From Kofleriaceae bacterium (GTDB lineage Bacteria; Myxococcota_A; Polyangia; Haliangiales; Haliangiaceae): a stretch of DNA of 64,000 nt. The translations under genes were made by a program, and so were the position numbers. The DNA is taken from contig CBDCCZ010000004.1 in NCBI GenBank assembly GCA_965215005.1, positions 64,001 through 128,000 of the forward strand, written 5' to 3'. Positions 21,847-32,478 of the stretch are shown here, one piece after another (position 1 is the stretch's first letter; each line of letters opens with the position of its first letter). The notes beneath the pieces are model-generated. The model searched no databases, had not been told where the DNA came from, and saw only the letters and a list, made by a program, of their open reading frames with translations.

Positions 21847-23061
21847 TCACGAGGCGTCGCGTTGGCGCTGCTTGGCCAGCTGGGGACCTGTGGTCGCGAC
21901 GCGCGCGTAAGCGCCCGACTGCAGGGTCACGCCGGTGACGACGGCGAGCCCGGCTTCGTCGGTGACGCGCAGATGCGTGCGATCGAAAAGCTCGGCGATG
22001 CGCTGCTTGACCAGCGGAATGTTGCAGGTGCCGCCAATGAGGATCACCTCGTCGACCTCGCTTGGTTGCCATCCCGCGTGTTGCAGCTGTGCCGTCGTCT
22101 CGGTTACCGCACGCGCCACCAGCCGACGCCATAGGGGCTCGAGCCACGGGCGATCGACGACCACATCGATGTCCATGCGCGTGCCCCGCTCGACGTACGC
22201 ATCGGGGACGACCAGCTGCGCACTCTCAACGCGCGAGAGCACCCGTTTGATCGACTCGCAGCGCATTCGCAGGCTCGCCCAGCGGATCGCATCGCGGCGC
22301 ATGTCGAACTTGCAGCGGCGAAATACTTGCCCAGCGATGGCGTCGGCGAAGGCGTCGTCGAAGTCATCACCGCCCAAGAACGGATCGCCGCCGGTGGCGA
22401 CCGGGCGGAATACCGTTCCTTCCTGCTCGAGCAGGCTCACGTCGTAAGTGCCGCCGCCAAAGTCGCACACCGCGATGCGGCGATTGGCGGGCTGGGCGTG
22501 CAGTCCAGCGGCGAGCGCGCCGGCGATGGGCTCGGGAACGACTTGAAGAATTTCTACGTGCGCCAAGCGCGCTGCACGTCGCAGTGCGGCGATGTAGCCC
22601 GCATGGCACATCGCCGGAACTCCCAGCACGACAGAACGTACCGCGCAGCCAAAGCGTCGCTCGGCCAGTCCGCGCAGATGCGAGAGGATGGCAGCGGCAA
22701 TCTGCTCAGGGGCAATTTCGCTGCCGTCGATGTCGAGGACCGCGCGACCGCGGGCACCAGCTTTGATGCGATAGCCGACGCCGGCATCGAGACCACGGAC
22801 CTCGGGATCGGTGTTGGAGCGACCGAGCAGCCGCTTGATCGAACCGACGGTCCGCATCGGCTCGGTGGCCATCTTGAGCTGCGCGCTGCGACCAACGATG
22901 GGAGCGCCGCGCTGCGGCACGTGGACGACACTTGGAACGCTGGGATCGCCGTTGTCGAGGACCATCTCGAGGCGCTCACCGAGCATCGTTCCCGCCACCG
23001 AGTAGGTGGTTCCAAGGTCGATGCCCAAGACCACCTCGGTCTTACTCGCTGTTGCGCTCAC
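21847..23061 (-). CDS. Atypical Hsp70-family protein, nucleotide-binding domain only
   Basis: GIDLGTTYS, PEPIAGA, DFGGGTYDVS, LGGDDFD, ILIGG; ends without a substrate-binding domain; GTG 23061 chosen from GGAG and the upstream promoter. Confidence 0.85.
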   Translation of the reverse strand: MSATASKTEVVLGIDLGTTYSVAGTMLGERLEMVLDNGDPSVPSVVHVPQRGAPIVGRSAQLKMATEPMRTVGSIKRLLGRSNTDPEVRGLDAGVGYRIKAGARGRAVLDIDGSEIAPEQIAAAILSHLRGLAERRFGCAVRSVVLGVPAMCHAGYIAALRRAARLAHVEILQVVPEPIAGALAAGLHAQPANRRIAVCDFGGGTYDVSLLEQEGTVFRPVATGGDPFLGGDDFDDAFADAIAGQVFRRCKFDMRRDAIRWASLRMRCESIKRVLSRVESAQLVVPDAYVERGTRMDIDVVVDRPWLEPLWRRLVARAVTETTAQLQHAGWQPSEVDEVILIGGTCNIPLVKQRIAELFDRTHLRVTDEAGLAVVTGVTLQSGAYARVATTGPQLAKQRQRDAS

Positions 23062-23088
23062 GGGTTCCGTCGCTCCACGAACATGCAA

Positions 23089-23113
23089 TCGTCCGCATTG
23101 CGGCTCGATTGAG
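23089..23113 (-). promoter_or_regulatory. Putative sigma28 (FliA) promoter of the Hsp70-like gene
   Basis: CTCAAT-N12-CGGACGA; same pattern as before fliD and flgM. Confidence 0.6.
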
Positions 23114-23141
23114 GAGCGCCGTGGCGAATTTTGTCGGCCGG

Positions 23142-23158
23142 CGCCAGAATCGCCGACG
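23142..23158 (+). promoter_or_regulatory. Putative sigma54 enhancer (UAS)
   Basis: CGCCAGAATCGCCGACG, starting 67 bp before the -24 GG; matches elements before flgB and fliM. Confidence 0.55.
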
Positions 23159-23207
23159 AATCGGGCTGCAAGACTGCAAAGGCCGCGAAACGACACAGTG
23201 CGCTGTG

Positions 23208-23223
23208 CGGCACTGCCATTGCA
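23208..23223 (+). promoter_or_regulatory. sigma54 promoter (-24/-12)
   Basis: CGGCAC-TGCCA-TTGCA, near-perfect consensus. Confidence 0.75.
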
Positions 23224-23235
23224 CCAAGGAGCGCG

Positions 23236-23745
23236 ATGCGTTGCTCTATGCTCGGAATGGTCGTGCTCGTGCTCAGTGGCAGCAGCGTGCGCGCCGAGAC
23301 CATTTCACCGGCGCTGGTGACGGCGGAGGTGCGCGCAGGTGCGGGCCTGGCGGTCGGCGGAGGTGCTGGGCAGTCGCAATGGCGGCAATCGCCGGTGACC
23401 GTGGGGGCGTTGGCGGATTTCGCGATTCTCACCGAGCCTTGGACGACGCTTTACGGCGGCGCCATCGTAGAAGGAGGCGATCGCGTCACCGCCGGCATCA
23501 CCGGCGGCGTGCGGCTTTGGCCCGGCCACGGGGCGGGAGGACGACTGGCCGCTGGTGGCGTGGCCATATTAGTGCCATTTCAATTGCTTGGCGGTCAGAC
23601 GGCGCTTGGATACTGCATGGGCGGTAGCATGCGCGTCTGCGGCGATATCGAGGCGACGGTGTTCTTTGCTGGCAACGACTTGCCCGATGATCGCGTCGCT
23701 GGGCAGCTGCAGCTGGTTTTAGGAGTGGGCTTCAGTGCGTATTAG
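23236..23745 (+). CDS. Hypothetical secreted protein, possible small outer-membrane beta-barrel
   Basis: Signal peptide ending VRA; Gly-rich alternating strands; C-terminal LQLVLGVGFSAY. Confidence 0.6.
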   Translation: MRCSMLGMVVLVLSGSSVRAETISPALVTAEVRAGAGLAVGGGAGQSQWRQSPVTVGALADFAILTEPWTTLYGGAIVEGGDRVTAGITGGVRLWPGHGAGGRLAAGGVAILVPFQLLGGQTALGYCMGGSMRVCGDIEATVFFAGNDLPDDRVAGQLQLVLGVGFSAY

Positions 23746-24133
23746 CCATCTCGCCGCCGCTATGTTGCTGCTTGTCGGCTGCGAGCTCTCCAACGAGAAC
23801 TGCACGCGCCATAGCGACTGTTCGGCGGAGCTTGTCTGCGGGCGCAGCGGCGCCTGCATCGTCGCGCCGCCCGATGCCGCACCGACAGGCGATGACGGCG
23901 GCCAGTCGCCGAACGCAGATGCAGGCAAGCCGATGGTCGATGCCGGGGCGCGCGATGCGGCCGGCGCGATTCCCAACACCGCGCCAGCCCCTCCTGAGCG
24001 TCCTTGGCGGCAAACGCCGCCCGATGCCGCCATCGATGGCGGTGAGCCCGTGTCCGATGCCGGCACTGTCGATGGCGGTGAATTCATGCCCGATGCCGGC
24101 CCGTCCGGTGCGATAGGAGAGCGATACCGATGA
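23735..24133 (+). CDS. Cys-rich lipoprotein with a low-complexity PDA/DAG tail
   Basis: Lipobox LVGC; CTRHSDCSAELVCGRSGAC. Confidence 0.7.
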   Translation: MRISHLAAAMLLLVGCELSNENCTRHSDCSAELVCGRSGACIVAPPDAAPTGDDGGQSPNADAGKPMVDAGARDAAGAIPNTAPAPPERPWRQTPPDAAIDGGEPVSDAGTVDGGEFMPDAGPSGAIGERYR

Positions 24134-25056
24134 TGCATTCAAGCAAGCGCAGCTCGAGTCGCAGTGGCGGCGAGGGTCGCGCTGCGGTCGACGACGTGCT
24201 CGCGCAGGTCGATAACTTGCCGACGCTGCCGCTGGTGGCCATCACCGTGGGCGACATGGTCAATGATCCGGGGGCAACCGCGCGCGACATCTCGGGTGTG
24301 TTGCAGCGCGACCCGAGTTTGAGCGCCAAAGTGCTCCGGCTGGTCAACTCGCCATATTACGCGATTCCGGGCGGAGTTGGCGATGTACAGCGCGCCATCT
24401 CCTTCATCGGCTTCAACACGCTGCACCAACTGGTGCTGAGCGTCTCGGTGCTGAGCGCGTTGCGAACACCAGCAGGCTCGCGCTTTAACGCGCGGGGCCT
24501 TTGGCTGCATTCTCTGGCGGTCGGTGCGTGCGCCGAGGTCATCGCGACCCACATCGGCTACCGCGATCCCGGGGTGTGCTTTACCGCCGGTCTAATGCAC
24601 GACATCGGCAAGATTGCGCTCGCCAAAGCCATGCCCGAGCGCTTCGGCGCCGCGCTCGATGAAGCGAGCAAGAGCGGCACGCAGATGGCGGTTGCCGAGC
24701 GTGGCGCGGGATTGCCGTCGCACGACAAGGTCGGCAGCCGCCTAGCGCGCAAGTGGAAGTTTCCCGCGCCGCTGCTATGCGCGATCGAGCATCATCACGG
24801 CGCGCACCGGCCGCAAGTTCGACGTGAGCTCGCGCCAGCGATCTTGTCAGTAGTCGACATCGTCGCGGTTTCTGACGAGATCAGCCGCTTCTACGCCATT
24901 GGCGATAGTGGCTCGCCAGCGCCGGAAAAGCAGGATATGGCGGCTCTGGAGCGCGTCGGGCTATCGACGATTCAGGCCGAGCGCATCCACTCCGACTTAA
25001 TGCGCAAGCTCGAGGTCTCCAAGACCTTTCTAACGCTCATCGACGGCGACGACTGA
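24130..25056 (+). CDS. HDOD domain protein
   Basis: LPTLP, DPSLSAKVLRLVNSPYY, LWLHSLAV, AGLMHDIGK, WKFP. Confidence 0.93.
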   Translation: MMHSSKRSSSRSGGEGRAAVDDVLAQVDNLPTLPLVAITVGDMVNDPGATARDISGVLQRDPSLSAKVLRLVNSPYYAIPGGVGDVQRAISFIGFNTLHQLVLSVSVLSALRTPAGSRFNARGLWLHSLAVGACAEVIATHIGYRDPGVCFTAGLMHDIGKIALAKAMPERFGAALDEASKSGTQMAVAERGAGLPSHDKVGSRLARKWKFPAPLLCAIEHHHGAHRPQVRRELAPAILSVVDIVAVSDEISRFYAIGDSGSPAPEKQDMAALERVGLSTIQAERIHSDLMRKLEVSKTFLTLIDGDD

Positions 25057-25076
25057 GCCATCCTGCCGCGTCAGCT

Positions 25077-26564
25077 CTAGGGCTCGAGGAGCGGTGCGCT
25101 TGCTTGCAGCGCCTTGACGCTCGGCAAGGTCAACGTGAACCGCGAGCCAACCGCGAGCGGCTCGTAGTCGATGCGGCCACCGTGCTCGGCGACGATATGC
25201 GCGGCGATCGCAAGCCCCAGTCCCGAGCCCTCGTGCTGGTCTTTGGTGGTGACGAACGGCTCGAACAGGCGCGGCACCACCTCAGCGGCCACGCCCATAC
25301 CTTCGTCGGAAACCGCAATCCGCACCCAGTCGGCGTCGACCTCGGCACGCACCGTCACCACACCATCGGTGGGCGAAGCATCGACGGCGTTGCGCAACAA
25401 GTTGATGACGACTTGGAGCATGAGCGGCTCGGAGACCATGACCTCGATGTCGGCGATTGGCTCGACGCGCAGCTCGACGCGAGCGCGAGCGTAGGCCTGT
25501 ACCAGGGTGATGCCGCGCTCGATGAGCTCGCCGACGCGACACGATCGGTGATTGGTCTCGCCGTTGCGCACGAAGGACCGCATGGCGGTGAACAGCGACA
25601 CCATGCGCTTGGACATCTCGGTGACGGTCGCGAGCGAGTCGAGCACCTCAGGGTCGCGGTCGGCGGTATCGCGCACGAACGAATCGAGGTCGAACAGCGC
25701 GGCCTGGAGCGCCTGGACGATCGAGGCGAGCTCGTGGACCAGTGCGGCGGTCATGCCGCCGAGCGTGGCGCGCCGGGCCACGTCCGAGAGTCGCGAGCGT
25801 GCTTGCGGATCGCTTGCCGCCTGCCGCGCGAGCTTGGTGGCTTCGTCTTGACTGCTCCAGTGGCGTGCGCGCCGGGCGAGAAACTCGAGGATGTCGCGGG
25901 TGCTGTCGCTGGTGACGTCGGCGATCAGGAAGGCATCGCCATCGGCGACGATGGGCTCCTCGACGCGCCAGCGCCCCGACTCTGGCAACGGATCGGGACC
26001 GCTCGGAGCCTGTCCAGCGAGCATGCGGCGACGGCCACAGACGTCCAGGACGACGCCGCATGACTCGACGCCGCCCAGGTGCGACGCCCGCTGGTGCACG
26101 ACCAACGCGAGCGAGCTCAGGCCTTCGGTGGCGCTGAGCTCATCGTCGACGCCAGCCACAGCGAGCGCATCGCCAACCGAGCTGGTGAGAGCGCGCTTGG
26201 CGTCGCGAAACTCGAACGCGCGGCGCAGCGTGACCTCGAGCTCGTCGTGCCAAGGCTTTCCAACCTTGAACGGAGCGTCCGGTTGCAACGTGGCGCGATG
26301 GGCATCGCTATCGAGATAGCCGGTCAAGAGGATGCGTATGACCTCGGGTGAGGCGTCGCGAGCGGCTTCCAGCACCTCGATTCCGCTCTTGCCGGGCATG
26401 CGCAAGTCGGAGATGACGGCGTCATAGTTGCGGCTGGCAAAGAGCTCCATGGCGGCCTCTCCGGACGCGACGGCTTCAACGTCATAGTTGCCGCAGAGCT
26501 CGTCGAACAGCGAGTCGCGGACGTCGTCGTCGTCGTCGACGATCAGGATTTTGCTTTTCACCAT
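25077..26564 (-). CDS. Receiver domain + histidine kinase
   Basis: REC (VDDD, SDLRMPG, KP); H-box VHELAS; N-box NLLRNA; DEGMG, FEPF, GSGLGL. Confidence 0.9.
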   Translation of the reverse strand: MVKSKILIVDDDDDVRDSLFDELCGNYDVEAVASGEAAMELFASRNYDAVISDLRMPGKSGIEVLEAARDASPEVIRILLTGYLDSDAHRATLQPDAPFKVGKPWHDELEVTLRRAFEFRDAKRALTSSVGDALAVAGVDDELSATEGLSSLALVVHQRASHLGGVESCGVVLDVCGRRRMLAGQAPSGPDPLPESGRWRVEEPIVADGDAFLIADVTSDSTRDILEFLARRARHWSSQDEATKLARQAASDPQARSRLSDVARRATLGGMTAALVHELASIVQALQAALFDLDSFVRDTADRDPEVLDSLATVTEMSKRMVSLFTAMRSFVRNGETNHRSCRVGELIERGITLVQAYARARVELRVEPIADIEVMVSEPLMLQVVINLLRNAVDASPTDGVVTVRAEVDADWVRIAVSDEGMGVAAEVVPRLFEPFVTTKDQHEGSGLGLAIAAHIVAEHGGRIDYEPLAVGSRFTLTLPSVKALQASAPLLEP

Positions 26565-27784
26565 GCCGGCTCCTTGCGATGGATCGTTACGTCGAAGCGT
26601 GCGCCTTCGTCGGTGGGCACGTAGACGACATCGCCGCCCCACTGCCGTGCCAACCGCCGCGCCAGACATAGGCCAAGGCCGGTTCCATCACTCCGGCCCG
26701 ACACGAACGGCTCGAAAAGAGAATCCACCATCGCTGCAGGCACGCCCGGACCGGTGTCGATGATTGACACCACGACGCGATTGTCATCGCCGCTGCGGAG
26801 GGCGAGGCGCACCTTACCGGCGCCGCGGAGGGCGCGAATGGCGTTGTCGACCAGGTTCGACAGCACGTGGTGGAGCGCATCCGGCGGCGCCCACGCGGTC
26901 ACGTCGGTGTCGCCTTCGACGTGGAGCTCGACGCGAGGGGAGCGGCCGTCGAAGAGCGACAAGATGACATCGATCTCATCGGCCAAGCGAACCCGCTGCG
27001 GCTTGTACTCCAGCGTGCCGGTCTTATGCGCGCGGCGAATCGAGGTGACGATCACCTCCATGCGCGAGACCGCGTGCTGGGTGCGGCCAAAAAAACGCTC
27101 GAGGTCGGAGGCGAGCTCGGGATACTTCTCGGGCTCGATGCGCCGTTGAATCTGCCGAATCGCGCTGCACAGCGCCGCCATGGGATTGTTCATGCTGTGG
27201 GCGATGCCCGCGGAGAACTCACCCAAGGCGGCATGATGAGCCGCGCGCGCGAGCTGCGCGCCGACCGCGGAGAGCTCTCGGTTGCGCTCTTCCAACCGAT
27301 CTTGCGTCTCTCGCAGCCGTACGAACGCTTGCTCGAGCTCTTGATGAGCGGTGTAGAGCGCCGCGTGCTTGGCGATGACCTCGCGCTCGAGAATGCGCCG
27401 CTCGGTGGTGTCGCGGGCGATGCAGGCCACCAACGGCGCGGTGGGATGATCGATGTGAGCGACGGTGAGGGCGACGAAGACGGTGTAGCCATCGAGGCGG
27501 CGCAGCGCGACCTCTTCGTGGAGACCCGCGCGGTCGAGGATGCGCGAGGTCCAGTCGTCGTCGCGCGTATCGCGGTTGTCATCGGCGAAGAGCTCGCCCG
27601 CGGGCATACCGACGAGCGAGGCGCGCGAGCGACCGACCAGGTCTTCGAGGCGACTGTTGGCTGCGAGCACCCGCCGGGTATCGCGATGGATGCTAAATAC
27701 CGCTTCGGTTCCGTGCTCGAAGAGGATGCCAAACACCTGGTCTTCGAGCGTGGAATCACCTTCTTGAGTCTCGAAGAGCACCAT
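26558..27784 (-). CDS. Cytoplasmic PAS sensor histidine kinase
   Basis: PAS/PAC ending ARDTTER; coiled coil; H-box AHSMNNP; NLVDNA, DTGPG, GTGLGL. Confidence 0.9.
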   Translation of the reverse strand: MVLFETQEGDSTLEDQVFGILFEHGTEAVFSIHRDTRRVLAANSRLEDLVGRSRASLVGMPAGELFADDNRDTRDDDWTSRILDRAGLHEEVALRRLDGYTVFVALTVAHIDHPTAPLVACIARDTTERRILEREVIAKHAALYTAHQELEQAFVRLRETQDRLEERNRELSAVGAQLARAAHHAALGEFSAGIAHSMNNPMAALCSAIRQIQRRIEPEKYPELASDLERFFGRTQHAVSRMEVIVTSIRRAHKTGTLEYKPQRVRLADEIDVILSLFDGRSPRVELHVEGDTDVTAWAPPDALHHVLSNLVDNAIRALRGAGKVRLALRSGDDNRVVVSIIDTGPGVPAAMVDSLFEPFVSGRSDGTGLGLCLARRLARQWGGDVVYVPTDEGARFDVTIHRKEPAW

Positions 27785-27798
27785 CGCTAGCTCTTGGT

Positions 27799-27823
27799 TC
27801 GTCCGCTGCGGTGCTGCCTTTAG
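27799..27823 (-). promoter_or_regulatory. Putative sigma28 promoter of the kinase operon
   Basis: CTAAAG-N12-CGGACGA followed by ACCA (TAAA-N15-GACGAACC). Confidence 0.7.
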
Positions 27824-28041
27824 GCTGGTTCTGCGGGTCGGTGACGACCCACGGGGTGGGTCATTGACCCGGGTCCCCGCCGACCTACCGCGGCGGGGTG
27901 ATGGGAATAATGTGCAATGATATTGATGGTATCGATGGGTCGGCCGAAACTCGTGAAGCTGTAGCGCAGCGGCATGTTTCGCAACCATGCGTAACAGCGG
28001 ATGGTGCGTTGCTGGATCGAATCTTGATTGATGAAGCCGGC

Positions 28042-29457
<1,416 letters not shown>

Positions 29458-29602
29458 TACCGATCTCGCTTGGCTTCGCCGAAGCGGCTCCACGGGGGCC
29501 GCTTTGGCGTTTTCGGCCGTTGCGAGGATATGCTCCATCGCGCTGCCGTCGCGCTTGCAGCTGCAGTGCGCGTCGGGCCGCCTGACGCACGGGGCATCGG
29601 AT

Positions 29603-29619
29603 CGTCAATAACGGCGACG
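29603..29619 (+). promoter_or_regulatory. Putative sigma54 enhancer (UAS) of the flgB operon
   Basis: CGTCAATAACGGCGACG, starting 68 bp before the -24 GG. Confidence 0.55.
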
Positions 29620-29669
29620 AATCGCTTCCGCCGCGGCGACAACGGCGCGGAATCAGGAAGACCTCTGAT

Positions 29670-29685
29670 TGGCCCTGCCCTTGCT
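29670..29685 (+). promoter_or_regulatory. sigma54 promoter of the flgB operon
   Basis: TGGC-CCTGCCC-TTGCT. Confidence 0.75.
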
Positions 29686-29697
29686 GTTAAGGCCGCC

Positions 29698-30045
29698 ATG
29701 CGCGTGTTCGCCAACATCGACAGGATGGAAGGAGCGCTCACCTTCCACCGCGATCGCCACAGCGTCATCGCTGGCAATGTCGCGAACGTGGATACGCCTG
29801 GCTACCGGCCCGTCGACCTCGAGCGCCCCACTGATATGTTCGACGTGGGCTTGGGCGAGCGCGGCTACACCACCGCCTTCGATGACTCATCGATGGCGGT
29901 ATCGGCCGATGGCAATGCCGTGAACCTCGAGCGTGAGCTGGCGAAGATCGATGCCAACCGCGTTCGCTACAGCACCAGTGCCGAGCTGGTAACGCGGCGC
30001 ATGGCGATCCTGCGCTACGCCGCCACCGACGGCGCTGGCGGCTAA
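29698..30045 (+). CDS. flgB: Flagellar basal-body rod protein FlgB
   Basis: IAGNVANVDTPGY, DGNAVNLERE. Confidence 0.93.
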   Translation: MRVFANIDRMEGALTFHRDRHSVIAGNVANVDTPGYRPVDLERPTDMFDVGLGERGYTTAFDDSSMAVSADGNAVNLERELAKIDANRVRYSTSAELVTRRMAILRYAATDGAGG

Positions 30046-30059
30046 AGGAGGAGGAACCG

Positions 30060-30491
30060 ATGGATTTCTTTACTGCCATGGAAGTCTCTGCCTCTGGCTT
30101 GGCCGCGCAGCGCACGCGCATGAACGTGGCCTCGTCAAACCTTGCCAACGTCTCGACGACGCAAACCGCCGAGGGTGGGCCGTACAAGCGTCGCGATGTA
30201 GTGCTGTCGTCGCAGCAAGTACCGTTTAGCGTTGGCGGGTCCGATCCCACCAGCGATGCGGTACGTGCGGTGGCCGTCGACGGCATCGTCGAGGATCAGG
30301 CGCCACCGATGCTCGAGTATGACCCTGGCCATCCCGATGCGGATGCGCAGGGCTACGTCGCCTATCCCAACGTCAATGTCGTCGAGGAGATGGTCGACAT
30401 GATCACCGCCTCGCGCGCCTACGAGGCCGGCGTGACGGCGCTCTCTACCGCCACCTCGATGGCCGAGCGTGCGGTCGGCATCGGCCGCTGA
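30060..30491 (+). CDS. flgC: Flagellar basal-body rod protein FlgC
   Basis: SNLANVST, YDPGHPDA, PNVNVVEEM, SRAYEA. Confidence 0.97.
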   Translation: MDFFTAMEVSASGLAAQRTRMNVASSNLANVSTTQTAEGGPYKRRDVVLSSQQVPFSVGGSDPTSDAVRAVAVDGIVEDQAPPMLEYDPGHPDADAQGYVAYPNVNVVEEMVDMITASRAYEAGVTALSTATSMAERAVGIGR

Positions 30492-30499
30492 GGTAGCTC

Positions 30500-30823
30500 A
30501 TGACTGACCAGATCGTTCCCATAGGTCCGCGCGCCGCTGGTATCGGCGGCATCGCGGATGCGCGGCCATCGAGCCGCATCGATGGCGCTGCCGAAGGCGG
30601 CATGGACTTTGGCGAAGCCCTCGCCAATGCGATGAAGGGCGCCTCAGGCGCCGAGAACACCGCTGAGGAGATGAGCGCGCGGTTCTCCGATGGCGATCCC
30701 AACGTCGGCATTCACGAGGTGATGATCGCCTCGGAGAAGGCCAGCATCACCATGCGCTACGCGGTGACCCTCAAGAACAAGATGGTCTCCGCGTACCAGG
30801 AGCTGATGAACACCCAGGTGTGA
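30500..30823 (+). CDS. fliE: Flagellar hook-basal body protein FliE
   Basis: IHEVMIASEKA...KNKMVSAYQELMNTQV. Confidence 0.95.
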   Translation: MTDQIVPIGPRAAGIGGIADARPSSRIDGAAEGGMDFGEALANAMKGASGAENTAEEMSARFSDGDPNVGIHEVMIASEKASITMRYAVTLKNKMVSAYQELMNTQV

Positions 30824-30840
30824 AGCAGCGCTGAAGCACG

Positions 30841-32478
30841 ATGAGCGATATCGAAGACAAGCCCAAGAGCGCGCCCGAGCAGCTCAAGAAGCTGTGGGAC
30901 GAGCTGCCGCGCCGCCGCCGCATCATCTTGGTGGCGGCGGTGCTGCTCACGTTTGGCATCGTGGGCTATGTCGCGACGCGCGAGGTCGAGCCGCCGTACG
31001 CTGCGGTGGCCTCAGGGGTTTCGCACGAAGAGGCCGCGCGCATCGTCAAAGAGCTGCAGGCGCTAGGTGTGCCGTATCGGTTGCGAGCTTCGAGCACCAT
31101 CGTCGAGGTGCCCGAGAGTCGGGTCGACGACGTGCGTTTGGCGCTCACCGATGTCGGCGCGCTGCGCGGCCCCGGAACCGGCTTTGAGATCTTCGATCAA
31201 CAGAGCTGGTCGACGTCTTCGCGGGTCGAAGAGATCAACCTGCGGCGGGCGCTGCAAGGCGAGCTCGAGCGCACGATCGGTGGGTTCGCCGGCATCGAGT
31301 CGGCTCGGGTGCACATCGCGCCGGGGCGGCGCTCGGTGTTTCGCGAAGCCGACGAGCCGCCTTCGGCTTCGGTCAACCTAGTGCTGCGGCATGGCGCGAG
31401 CAAAGTAGATGTTCGCGGCATCGTTGCGACCGTGGCACGGGCGGTCGACGGCCTCGATCCCGAGCGCGTGGTCGTCACCGACGAGACCGGTCGCATCTTG
31501 TCCTCGGGAGATCCCGACGACGCCATCACCGATATGCAGACGCGGCTCGAGCAGACGCTGCGCAAGCGCATCAGCGACATGCTAGAGCGCGCCGTTGGGC
31601 CAGAGAACATCGAGGTCGTGGTCACCGCGGAGATCGATCAGTCGCAGGTCGATCAAACGGAGGAGCTGTTCGATCCGCAAGGTGCGGTGATTCGCACCGA
31701 GATTCGCAATCTCGAAGGCGCTACTAACGACGGCACGATTGGCGGCATCGCCGGCGCGCGGGGCAACTTGCCCGGCACCGACAACGCGCCACAAGCGGGA
31801 GCCGCCGGCAGCGATGCGGATCGCCTCAGCGAGCGTCGCGACTTCGAGATCAGCAAGGTCGTTCGCCGAACCGCCGGTCCCAAAGCCAAGATCAAGCGGC
31901 TGCACGTGGCGATTCTCGTCGATCATCGCGTGGTGCCCGCGGTCGAGGACGGCGCCGAGCCAACCACCGAGCCGCGCGGTACGCAAGAGCTGGCGACGCT
32001 GGCGGCGCTGGCGCGCAATGCGGCCGGGCTCGATGACGAGCGCGGCGACACCATCGAGATCCAGACGGTGCGGTTTCATCGACCCGAGCTGCCCGCGGTT
32101 GCCGCGGCGACGCCACCGGTGGGATTGCCGCTGCCGCTGCCGCTGCCCATCCTGGCGGCGATTGCCGGCGGCGCGCTGCTGCTTGTTGGTCTCACTGGGT
32201 TTCTGCTCGTGCGTCGCCGCAAAGCCAAGCGGCGCGGCGGGCAGCGCGGCGAGGTGTTGCCGCTGCCGGCTTCGATCGATGCGGTCGAGCGCGCACTCGA
32301 TTCGGATGAGCAGCTAACGCCGCACGAGCGGCTCGCGCAGCTAGCTGGCGGCAAAGAGGCGCTGGGGCTGCCTGGAGCCACCTTGCACGAACGCGTGGGC
32401 GAGGCGGTCAAGACCGATACCGAGCAAGCGGCGCGCGTGCTCGCCGCGTGGCTCACCGAAGGAGGGGAGAAGGCATGA
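30841..32478 (+). CDS. fliF: Flagellar MS-ring protein FliF
   Basis: Two TM segments; GFEIFD, RALQGELERTI, ARVHI, PSASV. Confidence 0.95.
   Translation: MSDIEDKPKSAPEQLKKLWDELPRRRRIILVAAVLLTFGIVGYVATREVEPPYAAVASGVSHEEAARIVKELQALGVPYRLRASSTIVEVPESRVDDVRLALTDVGALRGPGTGFEIFDQQSWSTSSRVEEINLRRALQGELERTIGGFAGIESARVHIAPGRRSVFREADEPPSASVNLVLRHGASKVDVRGIVATVARAVDGLDPERVVVTDETGRILSSGDPDDAITDMQTRLEQTLRKRISDMLERAVGPENIEVVVTAEIDQSQVDQTEELFDPQGAVIRTEIRNLEGATNDGTIGGIAGARGNLPGTDNAPQAGAAGSDADRLSERRDFEISKVVRRTAGPKAKIKRLHVAILVDHRVVPAVEDGAEPTTEPRGTQELATLAALARNAAGLDDERGDTIEIQTVRFHRPELPAVAAATPPVGLPLPLPLPILAAIAGGALLLVGLTGFLLVRRRKAKRRGGQRGEVLPLPASIDAVERALDSDEQLTPHERLAQLAGGKEALGLPGATLHERVGEAVKTDTEQAARVLAAWLTEGGEKA

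Noticed and set aside
21832..21860. argJ/Hsp70 junction as a mobile-island boundary
   Set aside because: No tRNA, att-like repeat, integrase or transposase visible; the genes are only 15 bp apart
28013..28028. TGGATCGAATCTTGAT as a fourth sigma54 promoter for the activator itself
   Set aside because: -12 is GA rather than GC and the shared upstream element is missing; the spacing to GTG 28042 is suggestive but insufficient
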